This document shows, in pieces, positions 1-12,189 of a stretch of DNA of 64,000 nucleotides. Origin of the DNA: Eledone cirrhosa (taxonomy: Eukaryota); NCBI GenBank assembly GCA_964016885.1, contig OZ024760.1, forward strand, positions 30,380,001 through 30,444,000, written 5' to 3'. Position 1 is the stretch's first letter. Every line of letters begins with the position of its first letter. The position numbers and the translations under genes were made by a program. Under the pieces are notes generated by a model. That model was not told the origin of the DNA. It saw nothing but the letters and a program-made list of their open reading frames with translations, and did not search any database.

Positions 1-377
1 GTGTAGTGTAATCTAATATAATGTAATGTAATATAATGTAATGTGTAATGTAATGTAATGTAATGTAACGTGTAATGTAATGTAATGTAATGTAATGTGT
101 AATGTAAAGTAATGTAATGTAATGTAATGTGTAATGTAATGTAATGTAATGTAATGTAATGTGTAATGTAATGTAACTTAATGTAATGTAATGTAATGTA
201 ATTTAATGTGTGATGTGATGTAATGTAATGTAATGTAATGTGTAATGTAATGTGTAATGTAATGTGTAATGTAATGTAATGTATTGTAATGTAATGTAAT
301 TGTTTCTAATTTAGGCACAAGGTCAGCAATTACCCTGTGCATTACTGGTACTTTATTTTATCGACACCGTAAGGATG

Positions 378-381
378 AAAA
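378..381 (-). terminator. Possible Pol III T4 terminator inside the SINE (representative)
   Basis: Minus strand GCTTTTCA (+ strand TGAAAAGC) is about 105 nt from the 5' end and is present in all 17 copies. T4 is the minimal metazoan Pol III stop signal. Confidence 0.4.
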
Positions 382-399
382 GCAAAGTCAACCTCGGTG

Positions 400-411
400 G
401 GATTTGAACTC
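400..411 (-). promoter_or_regulatory. Pol III B box (representative; same offset in all copies)
   Basis: GAGTTCAAATCC matches the GTTCRANNC core and lies 51 nt downstream of the A box. Confidence 0.8.
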
Positions 412-462
412 AGATCGTAAAGGGACGTAACTATGTGGGAAAGCATGGCGTCCGACCCTCTA

Positions 463-474
463 CCGATACTGCCA
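463..474 (-). promoter_or_regulatory. Pol III type-2 internal promoter A box (representative; same offset in all copies)
   Basis: TGGCAGTATCGG lies about 10 nt inside the 5' end (GGCGG at 484) and resembles TRGCNNARYGG. Copy 4 has TGTCAG instead of TGGCAG. Confidence 0.7.
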
Positions 475-3295
475 ATCCACCGCCGTTTGTAATGTAATGT
501 AATGTAATGTAATGTGTAATGTAATGTAATGTAATGTGTAATGTAATGTAATGTAATGTAATGTAATGTAATGTAATGTTTAATGTAATGTAATGTAATG
601 TAATTTAATGTAATGTAATGTAATGTTTAACGTAATGTAATGTAATGTAATGTAATTTTTAATGTAATGTAATGTAATGTAATGTAATGTAACGTAATGT
701 AATGTAATGTAATGTAATGCAATGTAATGTAATGTAATGAAATGTAATGTAATGTGTAATGTAATGTAGTGTAATGTAATGTAATGTAATGAAATGTAAT
801 GTAATGTGTAATGTAATGTAATGTAATGTAATGTAATGTAATGTGTAATGTAATGTAATGTAATGTGTAATGTAATGTAATGTAATGTAATATGTAATGT
901 AAGGTAATGTTTAATGTAATGTAATGTAATGTAATGTAATGTAATGTGTAATATAATGTAATGTAATGTAATGTAATATAATGTAATATAATGTAATGTA
1001 TAATGTAATGTAATGTAATGTAATGCAATGTGTAATGTAATGTAATGTAATGTAATGTAATGTAATGTAATGTAATGTAATGTAATGTAATGTAATGTAA
1101 TGTGTAATGTAATGTAATGTAATGTGTAATGTAATGTAATGTAATGTATAATGTAATGTAATGTAATGTAACTTAATGTAATGTCATGTGTAATGTAATG
1201 TAATGTAATGTAATGTGTAATGTAATGTAATGTAATGTAATGTAATGTGTAATGTAATGTAATGTAATATAATGTTTAATGTAATGTAACGTAATGTAAT
1301 GTAATGTAATGTGTAATGTAATGTAATGTAATGTAATGTAATGTAATGTAATGTAATGTAATGTAATGTGCAATGTAATGTAATGTAATGTAATGTAATG
1401 TAATGTAATGTAATGTGTAATGTGTAATGTAATTTAATGAAATGTAATGTAATGTAATTTAATGTAATGTAATGTTATGTAATGTAATGTAATGTAATGT
1501 AATGTAATCTAATGTTTAATGCAATGTAATGTAATGTAATGTGTAATATAATGTAATGTAATGTAATGTAATTTAATATAATGTAATGTGTAATGTAATG
1601 TAATGTAATGTAATGTAATGTAATGCAATGTGTAATGTAATGTAATGTAATGTAATGTAATGTGTAATGTAATGTAATGTAATGTGATGTAATGTGTAAT
1701 GTAATGTAATGTAATATAATGTTTAATGTAATGTAATGTAATGTAATGTATTGTAATGTGTAACGTAAAGTAATGTAATGTAATGTAATGTGTAATGTAA
1801 TGTAATGTGTAATGTAATGTAATGTAATGTAATGTACTGTGTAATGTAATGTAACTTAATGTAATGTAATGTAATGTAATGTGTAATGTAATGTAATGTA
1901 ATGTAATGTAATGTAATGTAATGTAATGTGTAATGTAATGTAATGTAATGTAATGTGTAATGTAATGTAATGTAATGTGTAATGTAATGTAATGTAATGT
2001 GTAATGTAATGTAATGTAATGTAATGTGTAATGTAATGTAATGTAATGTGTAATGTAATGTAATGTAATGTAATGTGTAATGTAATGTAATGCAATGTAA
2101 TGTAATGTGTAATGTAATGTAATGTAATGTGTAGTGTAATGTAATATAATGTAATGTAATGTAATGTAATGTAATGTAATGTAATGTGTAATGTAATGTA
2201 ACTTAATGTAATGTAATGTAATGTAATGTAATGTAATGTAATGTAATGTAATGTAATGTAATGTGTAATGTAATGTAATGTAATGTAATGTAATATAATG
2301 TGCAATGTAATGTAAGGTAATGTTATGTAATGTAATGTAATGTAATGTAATGTAATGTAATGTAATGTTTAATGCAATGTAATGTAATGTAATGTGTAAT
2401 ATAATGTAATGTAATGTAATGTAATTTAATATAATGTAATGTGTAATGTAATGTAATGTAATGTAATGTAATGCAATGTGTAATGTAATGTAATGTAATG
2501 TAATGTAATGTGTAATGTAATGTAATGTAATGTGATGTAACGTGTAATGTAATGTAATGTAATATAATGTTTAATGTAATGTAATGTAATGTATTGTAAT
2601 GTGTAACGTAAAGTAATGTAATGTAATGTAATGTGTAATGTAATGTAATGTGTAATGTAATGTAATGTAATGTGTAATGTAATGTAACTTAACGTAATGT
2701 AATGTAATGTAATGTAATGTAATGTGTAATGTAATGTAATGTAATGTAATGTGTAATGTAATGTAATGTAATGTAATGTGTAATGTAATGTAATGTAATG
2801 TGTAATGTAATGTAATGTGTAATGTAATGTAATGTAATGTAATGTGTAATGTAATGTAATGTAATGTGTAATGTAATGTAATGTAATGTAATGTGTAATG
2901 TAATGTAATGCAATGTAATGTAATGTGTAATGTAATGTAATGTAATGTGTAGTGTAATGTAATATAATGTAATGTAATGTAATATAATGTAATGTGTAAT
3001 GTAATGTAATGTAATGTAACGTGTAATGTAATGTAATGTAATGTAATGTGTAATGTAATGTAATGTAATGTGTAATGTAATGTAACGTAAAGTAATGTAA
3101 TGTAATGTAATGTGTAATGTAATGTAATGTGTAATGTAATGTAATGTAATGTAATGTAATGTGTAATGTAATGTAACTTAATGTAATGTAATGTAATGTA
3201 ATGTGTGATGTGATGTGATGTAATGTAATGTAATGTGTAATGTAATGTGTAATGTAATGTGTAATATAATGTAATGTATTGTAATGTAATGTAAT

Positions 3296-3483
3296 TGTTT
3301 CTAATTTAGGCACAAGGTCAGCAATTACCCTGTGCATTACTGGTACATTATTTTATCGACACCGTAAGGATGAAAAGCAAAGTCAACCTCGGTGGGATTT
3401 GAACTCAGATCGTAAAGGGACGTAACTATGCTGGAAAGCATGGCGTCCGACCCTCTACCGATACTGCCAAACCACCGCCGTTT
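3296..3483 (-). mobile_element. tRNA-derived SINE copy 2 (H2)
   Basis: Same 188-bp element. Markers GTACATT, GACACCG, GCCAAACC. Confidence 0.85.
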
Positions 3484-6400
3484 GTAATGTAATGTAATGT
3501 AATGTAATGTAATGTTTAATGTAATGTAATGTAATGTAATGTAATGTAATGTAATGTAATGTAATGTGTAATGTAATGTAATGTGATGAAAATGTAATGT
3601 AATATGTAATGTAATGTGTAATATAATGTAATGTGTAATGTAATGTAATGTAATGTAATGTAATGTAATGTAATGTGTAATGTAATGTAATGTAATGTAA
3701 TGTAATGTAATGTAATGTAATGTAATGTAATGTAATGTTTAATGTAATGTAATGTAATGTAATGTAATGTAATGTAACGTAATGAAATGTAATGTAATGT
3801 AATGTAATGTAATTTTTAATGTAATGTAATGTAATGTAATGTAATGTAATGTAATGTAGTGTACTGTAATGTAATGAAATGTAATGCAATGTAATGTAAT
3901 GTGCAATGTAATGTAGTGTAATGTAATGTAACGTAATGAAATGTAATGTATTGTGTAATGTAATGTAATGTAATGTAATGTGTAATGTAATGTAATGTAA
4001 TGTGTAATGTAGTGTAATGTAATGTAATATGTAATGTAAGGTAATGTTTAATGTAATGTAATGTAATGTAATGTAATTTGTAATATAATGTAATGTAATG
4101 TAATGTAATATAATATAATATAATGTAATGTATAATGTAATGTAATGTAATGTAATGTAATGCAATGTGTAATGTAATGTAATGTAATGTAATTTAATGT
4201 AATGTCATGTAATGTAACTTAATGTAATGTCATGTGTAATGTAATGTAATGTAATGTGTAATGTAATGTAATGTAATGTAATGTAATGTGTAATGTAATG
4301 TAATATAATGTTCAATGTAATGTAACGTAATTCTAATGTAATGTAATGTGTAATGTAATGTAATGTAATGTAATGTAATGTAATGTAATGTAATGTGCAA
4401 TGTAATGTAATGTAATGTAATGTGTAATGTAATGTAATGTAATGTAATGTAATGTAATGTAATGTGTAATGTGTAATGTAATTTAATGAAACGTAATGTA
4501 ATGCAATGTAATGTAATGTAATGTAATGTAACGTAATGTAATGTTTAATGTAATGTAATGTAATGTAATGTGTAATATAATGTAATGTAATGTAATGTAA
4601 TTTAATATAATGTAACGTGTAATGTAATGTAATGTAATGTAATGTAATGTGTAATGTAATGTAATGTAATGTAATGTAATGTAATGTAATGTGTAATGTG
4701 TAATGTAATATAATGTGTAATGTAATGTAATGTAATGTAATGTAATGTAATGTTATGTAATGTAATGTAATGTAATGTTTAATGTAATGTAATGTAATGT
4801 GTAATATAATGTAATGTAATGTAATGTAATTTAATATAATGTAATGTGTAAAGTAATGTAATGTAATGTAATGTAATGTAATGCAATGTGTAATGTAATG
4901 TAATGTAATGTAATGTAATGTAATGTGTAGTGTAATGTAATGTGTAATGTAATGTAATGTAACGTAATGTAATGTAATATAATGTAATGTGTAATGTAAT
5001 GTAATGTAATGTAATGTGTAATGTAATGCAATGTAATGTGTTATGTAATGTAATGTAATGTAATGAAAATGTAATGTAATGTGTAATGTAATGTGTAATA
5101 TAATGTAATGTGTAATGTAATGTAATGTAATGTAATGTAATGTGTAATGTAATGTAATGTAATGTAATGTAATGCAATGTAATGTAATGTAATGTAATGT
5201 AATGTTTAATGTAATGTAATGTAATGTAATGTAATGTAATGTAATGTAATGTAATGTTTAATGTAATGTAATGTAATGTAATGTAATTTTTAATGTAATG
5301 TTATGTAATGTAATGTAATGTAATGTAATGTAATGTAGTGTACTGTAATGTAATGAAATGTAATGTAATGTGTAATGTAATGTAGTGTAATGTAATGTAA
5401 TGTAATGAAATGTAATGTAATGTAATGTAATGTAATGTAATGTAATGTAATGTAATGTAATGTGTAATGTAATGTAATGTAATGTGTAATGTAATGTAAT
5501 GTAATGTAATGTAATATGTAATGTAAGGTAATGTTTAATGTAATGTAATGTAATGTAATGTAATGTAATGTGTAATATAATGTAATGTAATGTAATGTAA
5601 TATAATGTAATATAATGTAATGTATAATGTAATGTAATGTAATGTAATGCAATGTGTAATGTAATGTAATGTAATGTAATGTAATGTGTAATGTAATGTA
5701 ATGTAATGTGTAATGTAATGTAATGTAATGTGTAATGTAATGTAATGTAATGTAACTTAATGTAACATCATGTGTAATGTAATGAAATGTAATGTAATGT
5801 GTAATGTAATGTAATGTAATGTAATGTAATGTAATGTAATGTAATGTAATGTGTAATGTAATGTAATGTAATGTAATGTAATATAATGTTTAATGTAATG
5901 AAATGTAATGTAATGTAATGTAATGTAATGTTATGTAATGTAATGTAATGTAATGTAATGTAATGTAATGTAATGTAATGTAATGTAATGTAATGTAATG
6001 TGTAATGTAATGTAATGTAATGTAATGTAATGTAATGTGTAATGTAATGTAATGTAATGTAATGTAATGTAATGTAATGTGTAACGTAAAGTAATGTAAT
6101 GTAATGTAATGTGTAATGTAATGTAATGTGTAATGTAATGTAATGTAATGTAATGTAATGTGTAATGTAATGTAACTTAATGTAATGTAATGTAATGTAA
6201 TGTAATGTAATGTGTAATGTAATGTAATGTAATGTAATGTGTAATGTAATGTAATGTAATGTAATGTGTAATGTAATGTAATGTAATGTGTAATGTAATG
6301 TAATGTAATGTGTAATGTAATGTAATGTAATGTAATGTGTAATGTAATGTAATGTAATGTGTAATGTAATGTAATGTAATGTAATGTGTAATGTAATGTA

Positions 6401-6793
6401 ATGCAATGTAATGTAATGTGTAATGTAATGTAATGTAATGTGTAGTGTAATGTAATATAATGTAATGTAATGTAATATAATGTAATGTGTAATGTAATGT
6501 AATGTAATGTAACGTGTAATGTAATGTAATGTAATGTAATGTGTAATGTAATGTAATGTAATATGTAATGTAATGTAACGTAAAGTAATGTAATGTAATG
6601 TAATGTGTAATGTAATGTAATGTGTAATGTAATGTAATGTAATGTAATGTAATGTGTAATGTAATGTAACTTAATGTAATGTAATGTAATGTAATGTGTG
6701 ATGTGATGTGATGTAATGTAATGTAATGTAATGTGTAATGTAATGTGTAATGTAATGTGTAATGTAATGTAATGTATTGTAATGTAATGTAAT

Positions 6794-6981
6794 TGTTTCT
6801 AATTTAGGCACAAGGTCAGCAATTACCCTGTGCATTACTGGTACATTATTTTATCGACACCGTAAGGATGAAAAGCAAAGTCAACCTCGGTGGGATTTGA
6901 ACTCGGATCGTAAAGGGACGTAACTATGCTGGAAAGCATGGCGTCCGACCCTCTACCGATACTGCCAAACCACCGCCGTTT
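6794..6981 (-). mobile_element. tRNA-derived SINE copy 3 (H2 plus private SNP)
   Basis: Markers GTACATT, GCCAAACC, private ACTCGGAT. Confidence 0.85.
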
Positions 6982-9900
6982 GTAATGTAATGTAATGTAA
7001 TGTAATGTAATGTTTAATGTAATGTAATGTAATGTAATGTAATGTAATGTGTAATGTAATGTAATGTGATGAAAATGTAATGTAATATGTAATGTAATGT
7101 GTAATATAATGTAATGTGTAATGTAATGTAATGTAATGTAATGTAATGTAATGTAATGTAATGTGTAATGTAATGTAATGTAATGTAATGTAATGTAATG
7201 TAATGTAATGTAATGTAATGTAATGTAATGTTTAATGTAATGTAATGTAATGTAATGTAATGTAATGTAACGTAATAAAATGTAATGTAATGTAATGTAA
7301 TGTAATTTTTAATGTAATGTAATGTAATGTAATGTAATGTAATGTAATGTAGTGTACTGTAATGTAATGAAATGTAATGCAATGTGTAATGTAATGTAGT
7401 GCAATGTAATGTAACGTAAAGAAATGTAATGTATTGTGTAGTGTAATGTAATGTAATGTAATGTAATGTAATGTGTAATGTAATGTAATGTAATGTGTAA
7501 TGTAATGTAATGTAATGTAATGTAATATGTAATGTAAGGTAATGTTTAATGTAATGTAATGTAATGTAATGTAATTTGTAATATAATGTAATGTAATGTA
7601 ATGTAATATAATATAATATAATGTAATGTATAATGTAATGTAATGTAATGTAATGCAATGTGTAATGTAATGTAATGTAATGTAATTTAATGTAATGTAA
7701 TGTAATGTAATGTAATGTGTAATGTAATGTAATGTAATGTGTAATGTAATGTAATGTAATGTAATGTAATGTGTAATGTAATGTAATATAATGTTTAATG
7801 TAATGTAACGTAATTCTAATGTAATGTAATGTGTAATGTAATGTAATGTAATGTAATGTAATGTAATGTAATGTAATGTAATGTAATGTGCAATGTAATG
7901 TAATGTAATGTAATGTGTAATGTAATGTAATGTAATGTAATGTAATGTAATGTAATGTGTAATGTGTAATGTAATTTAATGAAACGTAATGTAATGCAAT
8001 GTAATGTAATGTAATATAATGTAACGTAATGTAATGTTTAATGTAATGTAATGTAATGTAATGTGTAATATAATGTAATGTAATGTAATGTAATTTAATA
8101 TAATGTAACGTGTAATGTAATGTTATGTAATGTAATGTAATGTGTAATGTAATGTAATGTAATGTAATGTAATGTAATGTGTAATGTGTAATGTAATATA
8201 ATGTGTAATGTAATGTAATGTAATGTAATGTAATGTAATGTAATGTTATGTAATGTAATGTAATGTAATGTTTAATGTAATGTAATGTAATGTGTAATAT
8301 AATGTAATGTAATGTAATTTAATATAATGTAATGTGTAAAGTAATGTAATGTAATGTAATGTAATGTAATGCAATGTGTAATGTAATGTAATGTAATGTA
8401 ATGTAATGTAATGTGTAATGTAATGTAATGTGTAATGTAATGTAATGTAACGTAATGTAATGTAATATAATGTAATGTGTAATGTAATGTAATGTAATGT
8501 AATGTGTAATGTAATGCAATGTAATGTGTAATGTAATGTAATGTAATGAAAATGTAATGTAATGTGTAATGTAATGTGTAATATAATGTAATGTGTAATG
8601 TAATGTAATGTAATGTAATGTAATGTAATGTAATGTGTAATGTAATGTAATGTAATGTAATGTAATGCAATGTAATGTAATGTAATGTAATGTTTAATGT
8701 AATGTAATGTAATGTAATGTAATGTAATGTAATGTAATGTTTAATGTAATGTAATGTAATGTAATGTAATTTTTAATGTAATGTAATGTAATGTAATGTA
8801 ATGTAATGTAATGTAATGTAGTGTACTGTAATGTAATGAAATGTAATGTAATGTGTAATGTAATGTAGTGTAATGTAATGTAATGTAATGAAATGTAATG
8901 TAATGTGTAATGTAATGTAAAGTAATGTAATGTAATGTAATGTAATGTAATGTGTAATGTAATGTAATGTAATGTGTAATGTAATGTAATGTAATGTAAT
9001 ATGTAATGTAAGGTAATGTTTAATGTAATGTAATGTAATGTAATGTAATGTAATGTGTAATATAATGTAATGTAATGTAATGTAATATAATGTAATATAA
9101 TGTAATGTATAATGTAATGTAATGTAATGTAATGCAATGTGTAATGTAATGTAATGTAATGTAATGTAATGTAATGTAATGTGTAATGTAATGTAATGTA
9201 ATGTGTAATGTAATGTAATGTAATGTGTAATGTAATGTAATGTAATGTAACTTAATGTAACATCATGTGTAATGTAATGAAATGTAATGTAATGTGTAAT
9301 GTAATGTAATGTAATGTAATGTGTAATGTAATGTAATGTAATATAATGTTTAATATAATGTAACGTAATGTAATGTAATGTAATGTAATGTAATGTAATG
9401 TAATGTAATGTGCAATGTAATGTAATGTAATGTAATGTAATGTGTAATGTAATGTAATGTAATGTAATGTAATGTAATGTAATGTAATGTAATGTAATGT
9501 AATGTGTAATGTGTAATGTAATTTAATGAAATGTAATGTAATGTAATGTAATGTAATGTAATGCAACGTAATGTAATGTAATGTGTAATGTAATATAATG
9601 TAATCTAATGTAATGTAATGTAATGTAATGTGTAATGTAATGTAATGTAATGTAATGTAATATAATGTTTAATGTAATGAAATGTAATGTAATGTAATGT
9701 AATGTAATGTAATGTAATGTAATGTAATGTTATGTAATGTAATGTAATGTAATGTAATGTAATGTAATGTAATGTAATGTAATGTAATGTGTAATGTAAT
9801 GTAATGTAATGTAATGTAATGTAATTTGTAATGTAATGTAATGTAATGTAATGTAATGTAATGTAATGTAATGTAATGTAATGTAATGTAATGTAATGTA

Positions 9901-12001
9901 ATGTAACGTAATGTAATGTAATGTAATGTAATATGTGATGTAATGTAATGTAATGTAATGTAATATGTGATGTAATGTAATGTAATGTAATTTAATGTAA
10001 TGTCTAATGTAATGTAATGTAATGTAATGTAATGTAATGTAATGTAATGTGTAATGTAATGTAATGTAATGTAATGTGTAATGTAATGTAATGTAATGTA
10101 ATGTGTAATGTAATGTTAAGTAATGTAATGTGTAATGTAATGTAATGTAATGTAATGTAATGTGTCATGTAGTGTAACGTAATGTAATGTAATGTAATGT
10201 AATATGTAATGTAATGTAATGTAATGTAATGTAATGTAATGTAATGTAATGTAATGTAATGTAATGTGTAATGTGTAATGTAATGTAATGTAATGTGTAA
10301 TGTAATGTAATGTAATGTAATGTGTAATGTAATGTAATGTAATGTAATGTAACGTGCAATGTAATGTAATGTAATGTGTAATGTAAAGTAATGTATAATG
10401 TAATGTAATGTAATGTAATGTAACGTGCAATGTAATGTAATGTAATATAATGTGTAATGTAATGTAATGTAATGTAATGTAATGTAACGTTTAATGTAAT
10501 GTAAAGTAATGTAATGTAATGTAATATAATGTAATGTAATGTAATGTAATGCAATGTAATGTAATGTAATGTAATGAAATGTAATGTGTAATGTGTAATG
10601 TGTAATGCAATGTAATGTAACGTAATGTAATGTAATGTAATGTAATGTAATGTAATGTAATGTAATGTGTAATGTAATGTGATGTAATGTAATGTAATGT
10701 AATGTAATGTAATGTAATGTAATGCAATGTAATGTAATGTAATGTAATGTAATGTAATGTAATGTAATGTGTAATGTAATGTAATGTGTAATGTAATGTA
10801 ACGTTATGTAATGTAATGTATAATGTAATGTAATGTAATGTGTAATGTAATGTAATGTAATGTGTAATGTATTGTAATGTAATGTAATGGGAAATGTAAT
10901 GTAATGTAATGTAATGTAATGTAATGCAATGTAATGTGTAATGTAATGTAATGTAATGTAATGTAATGTGCAATGTAATGTAATGTGTAATGTAATGTAA
11001 TGTATAATGTAATGTAATGTAATGTGTAATGTAATGTAATGTAATGTGTAATGTAATGCAATGTAATGTAATGTAATGTAATGCAATGTAATGTAATGCA
11101 ATGTAATGCAATGCAATGTAATGTAATGTAATGAAAGTAATGTGTAATGTGTAATGCAATGTAATGTAACGTAATGTAATGTGTAATGTAATGCAATGTA
11201 ATGTAATGTAATGTAATGTAATGTAATGTAATGTAATGTGTAATGTAATGTAATGTAATGTAATGTAATGTGTAATGTAATGTAATGTAATGTAATGTGT
11301 AATGTAATGTAATGTAATGTAATGTAATGTAATGTGTAATGTAATGTAATGTAATGTAATGTGTGATGTAATGTAATGTGTAATGTAATGTAATGTTATG
11401 TAATGTAATGTATAATGTAATGTAATGTAATGTGTAATGTAATGTAATGTAATGTGTAATGCATTGTAATGTAATGTAATGTAATGTAATGTAATGTAAT
11501 GTAATGTGTAATGTAATGTAATGTAATGTAATGTGTAATGTAATGTAATGTAATATAATGCAATGTGCAATGTAATGTAATGTATAATGTAATGTAATGT
11601 AATGTGTAATGTAATGTAATGTAATGTGTAATGTAATGTAATGTAATGTGTAATGTAATGTAATGTAATGTGTAGCGTAATGTAATATAATGTAATGTAA
11701 TATAATGTAATGTGTAATGTAATGTAATGTAATGTAACGTGTAATGTAATGTAATGTAATGTAATGTAATGTAATGTGTAATGTAATGTAATGTAATGTA
11801 ATGTAATGTGTAATGTAATGTAACGTAAAGTAATGTAATGTAATGTAATGTGTAATGTAATGTAATGTAATGTAATGTAATGTAATGTGTAATGTAATGT
11901 AACTTAATGCAATGTAATGTAATGTAATGTGTAATGTAATGTGTAATGTAATGTGTAATGTAATGTGTAATGTAATGTAATGTATTGTAATGTAATGTAA
12001 T

Positions 12002-12189
12002 TGTTTCTAATTTAGGCACAAGGTCAGCAATTACCCTGTGCATTACTGGTACTTTATTTTATCGACACCGTAAGGATGAAAAGCAAAGTCAACCTCGGTG
12101 GGATTTGAACTCAGATCGTAAAGGGACGTAACTATGTGGGAAAGCATGGCGTCCGACCCTCTACCGATACTGACAATCCACCGCCGTTT
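12002..12189 (-). mobile_element. tRNA-derived SINE copy 4 (H1 plus private A-box SNP)
   Basis: Markers GTACTTT, TATGTGGGA, private ACTGACAAT. Confidence 0.85.

Larger units (their letters stand above)
301..488 (-). mobile_element. tRNA-derived SINE copy 1 (haplotype H1)
   Basis: Minus strand reads GGCGGTGGAT-TGGCAGTATCGG (A box)...GAGTTCAAATCC (B box)...TTTCATCCTTACGGTGTCGATAAAATAAAGTACCAG...CCTTGTGCCTAAATTAGAAAC. + strand markers: GTACTTT, GACACCG, TATGTGGGA. Confidence 0.85.
2600..9300. repeat. ~3.5-kb higher-order tandem duplication containing SINE copies 2 and 3 (ends approximate)
   Basis: Rare markers recur at similar offsets: SINE 3296/6794 (3498), TTCTAAT 4331/7814, CATCATG 5766/9261 (3495). 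Confidence 0.8.

Noticed and set aside
328-345. Inverted satellite units (AATTAC, CATTAC) inside the element as an inversion or recombination signal
   Set aside because: These are only 5-6-bp matches, expected by chance, and no satellite inversion occurs in the window.
395-484. Genuine tRNA gene array
   Set aside because: A and B boxes are present, but I could not fold an acceptor stem or a canonical 7-nt anticodon loop, and ~95 bp of non-tRNA body follows, as in SINEs. tRNAscan-SE should give no hit or a pseudogene call.
301-488. MITE, DNA transposon or solo LTR
   Set aside because: There are no terminal inverted repeats and no TG...CA ends. Internal Pol III boxes fit a SINE better.
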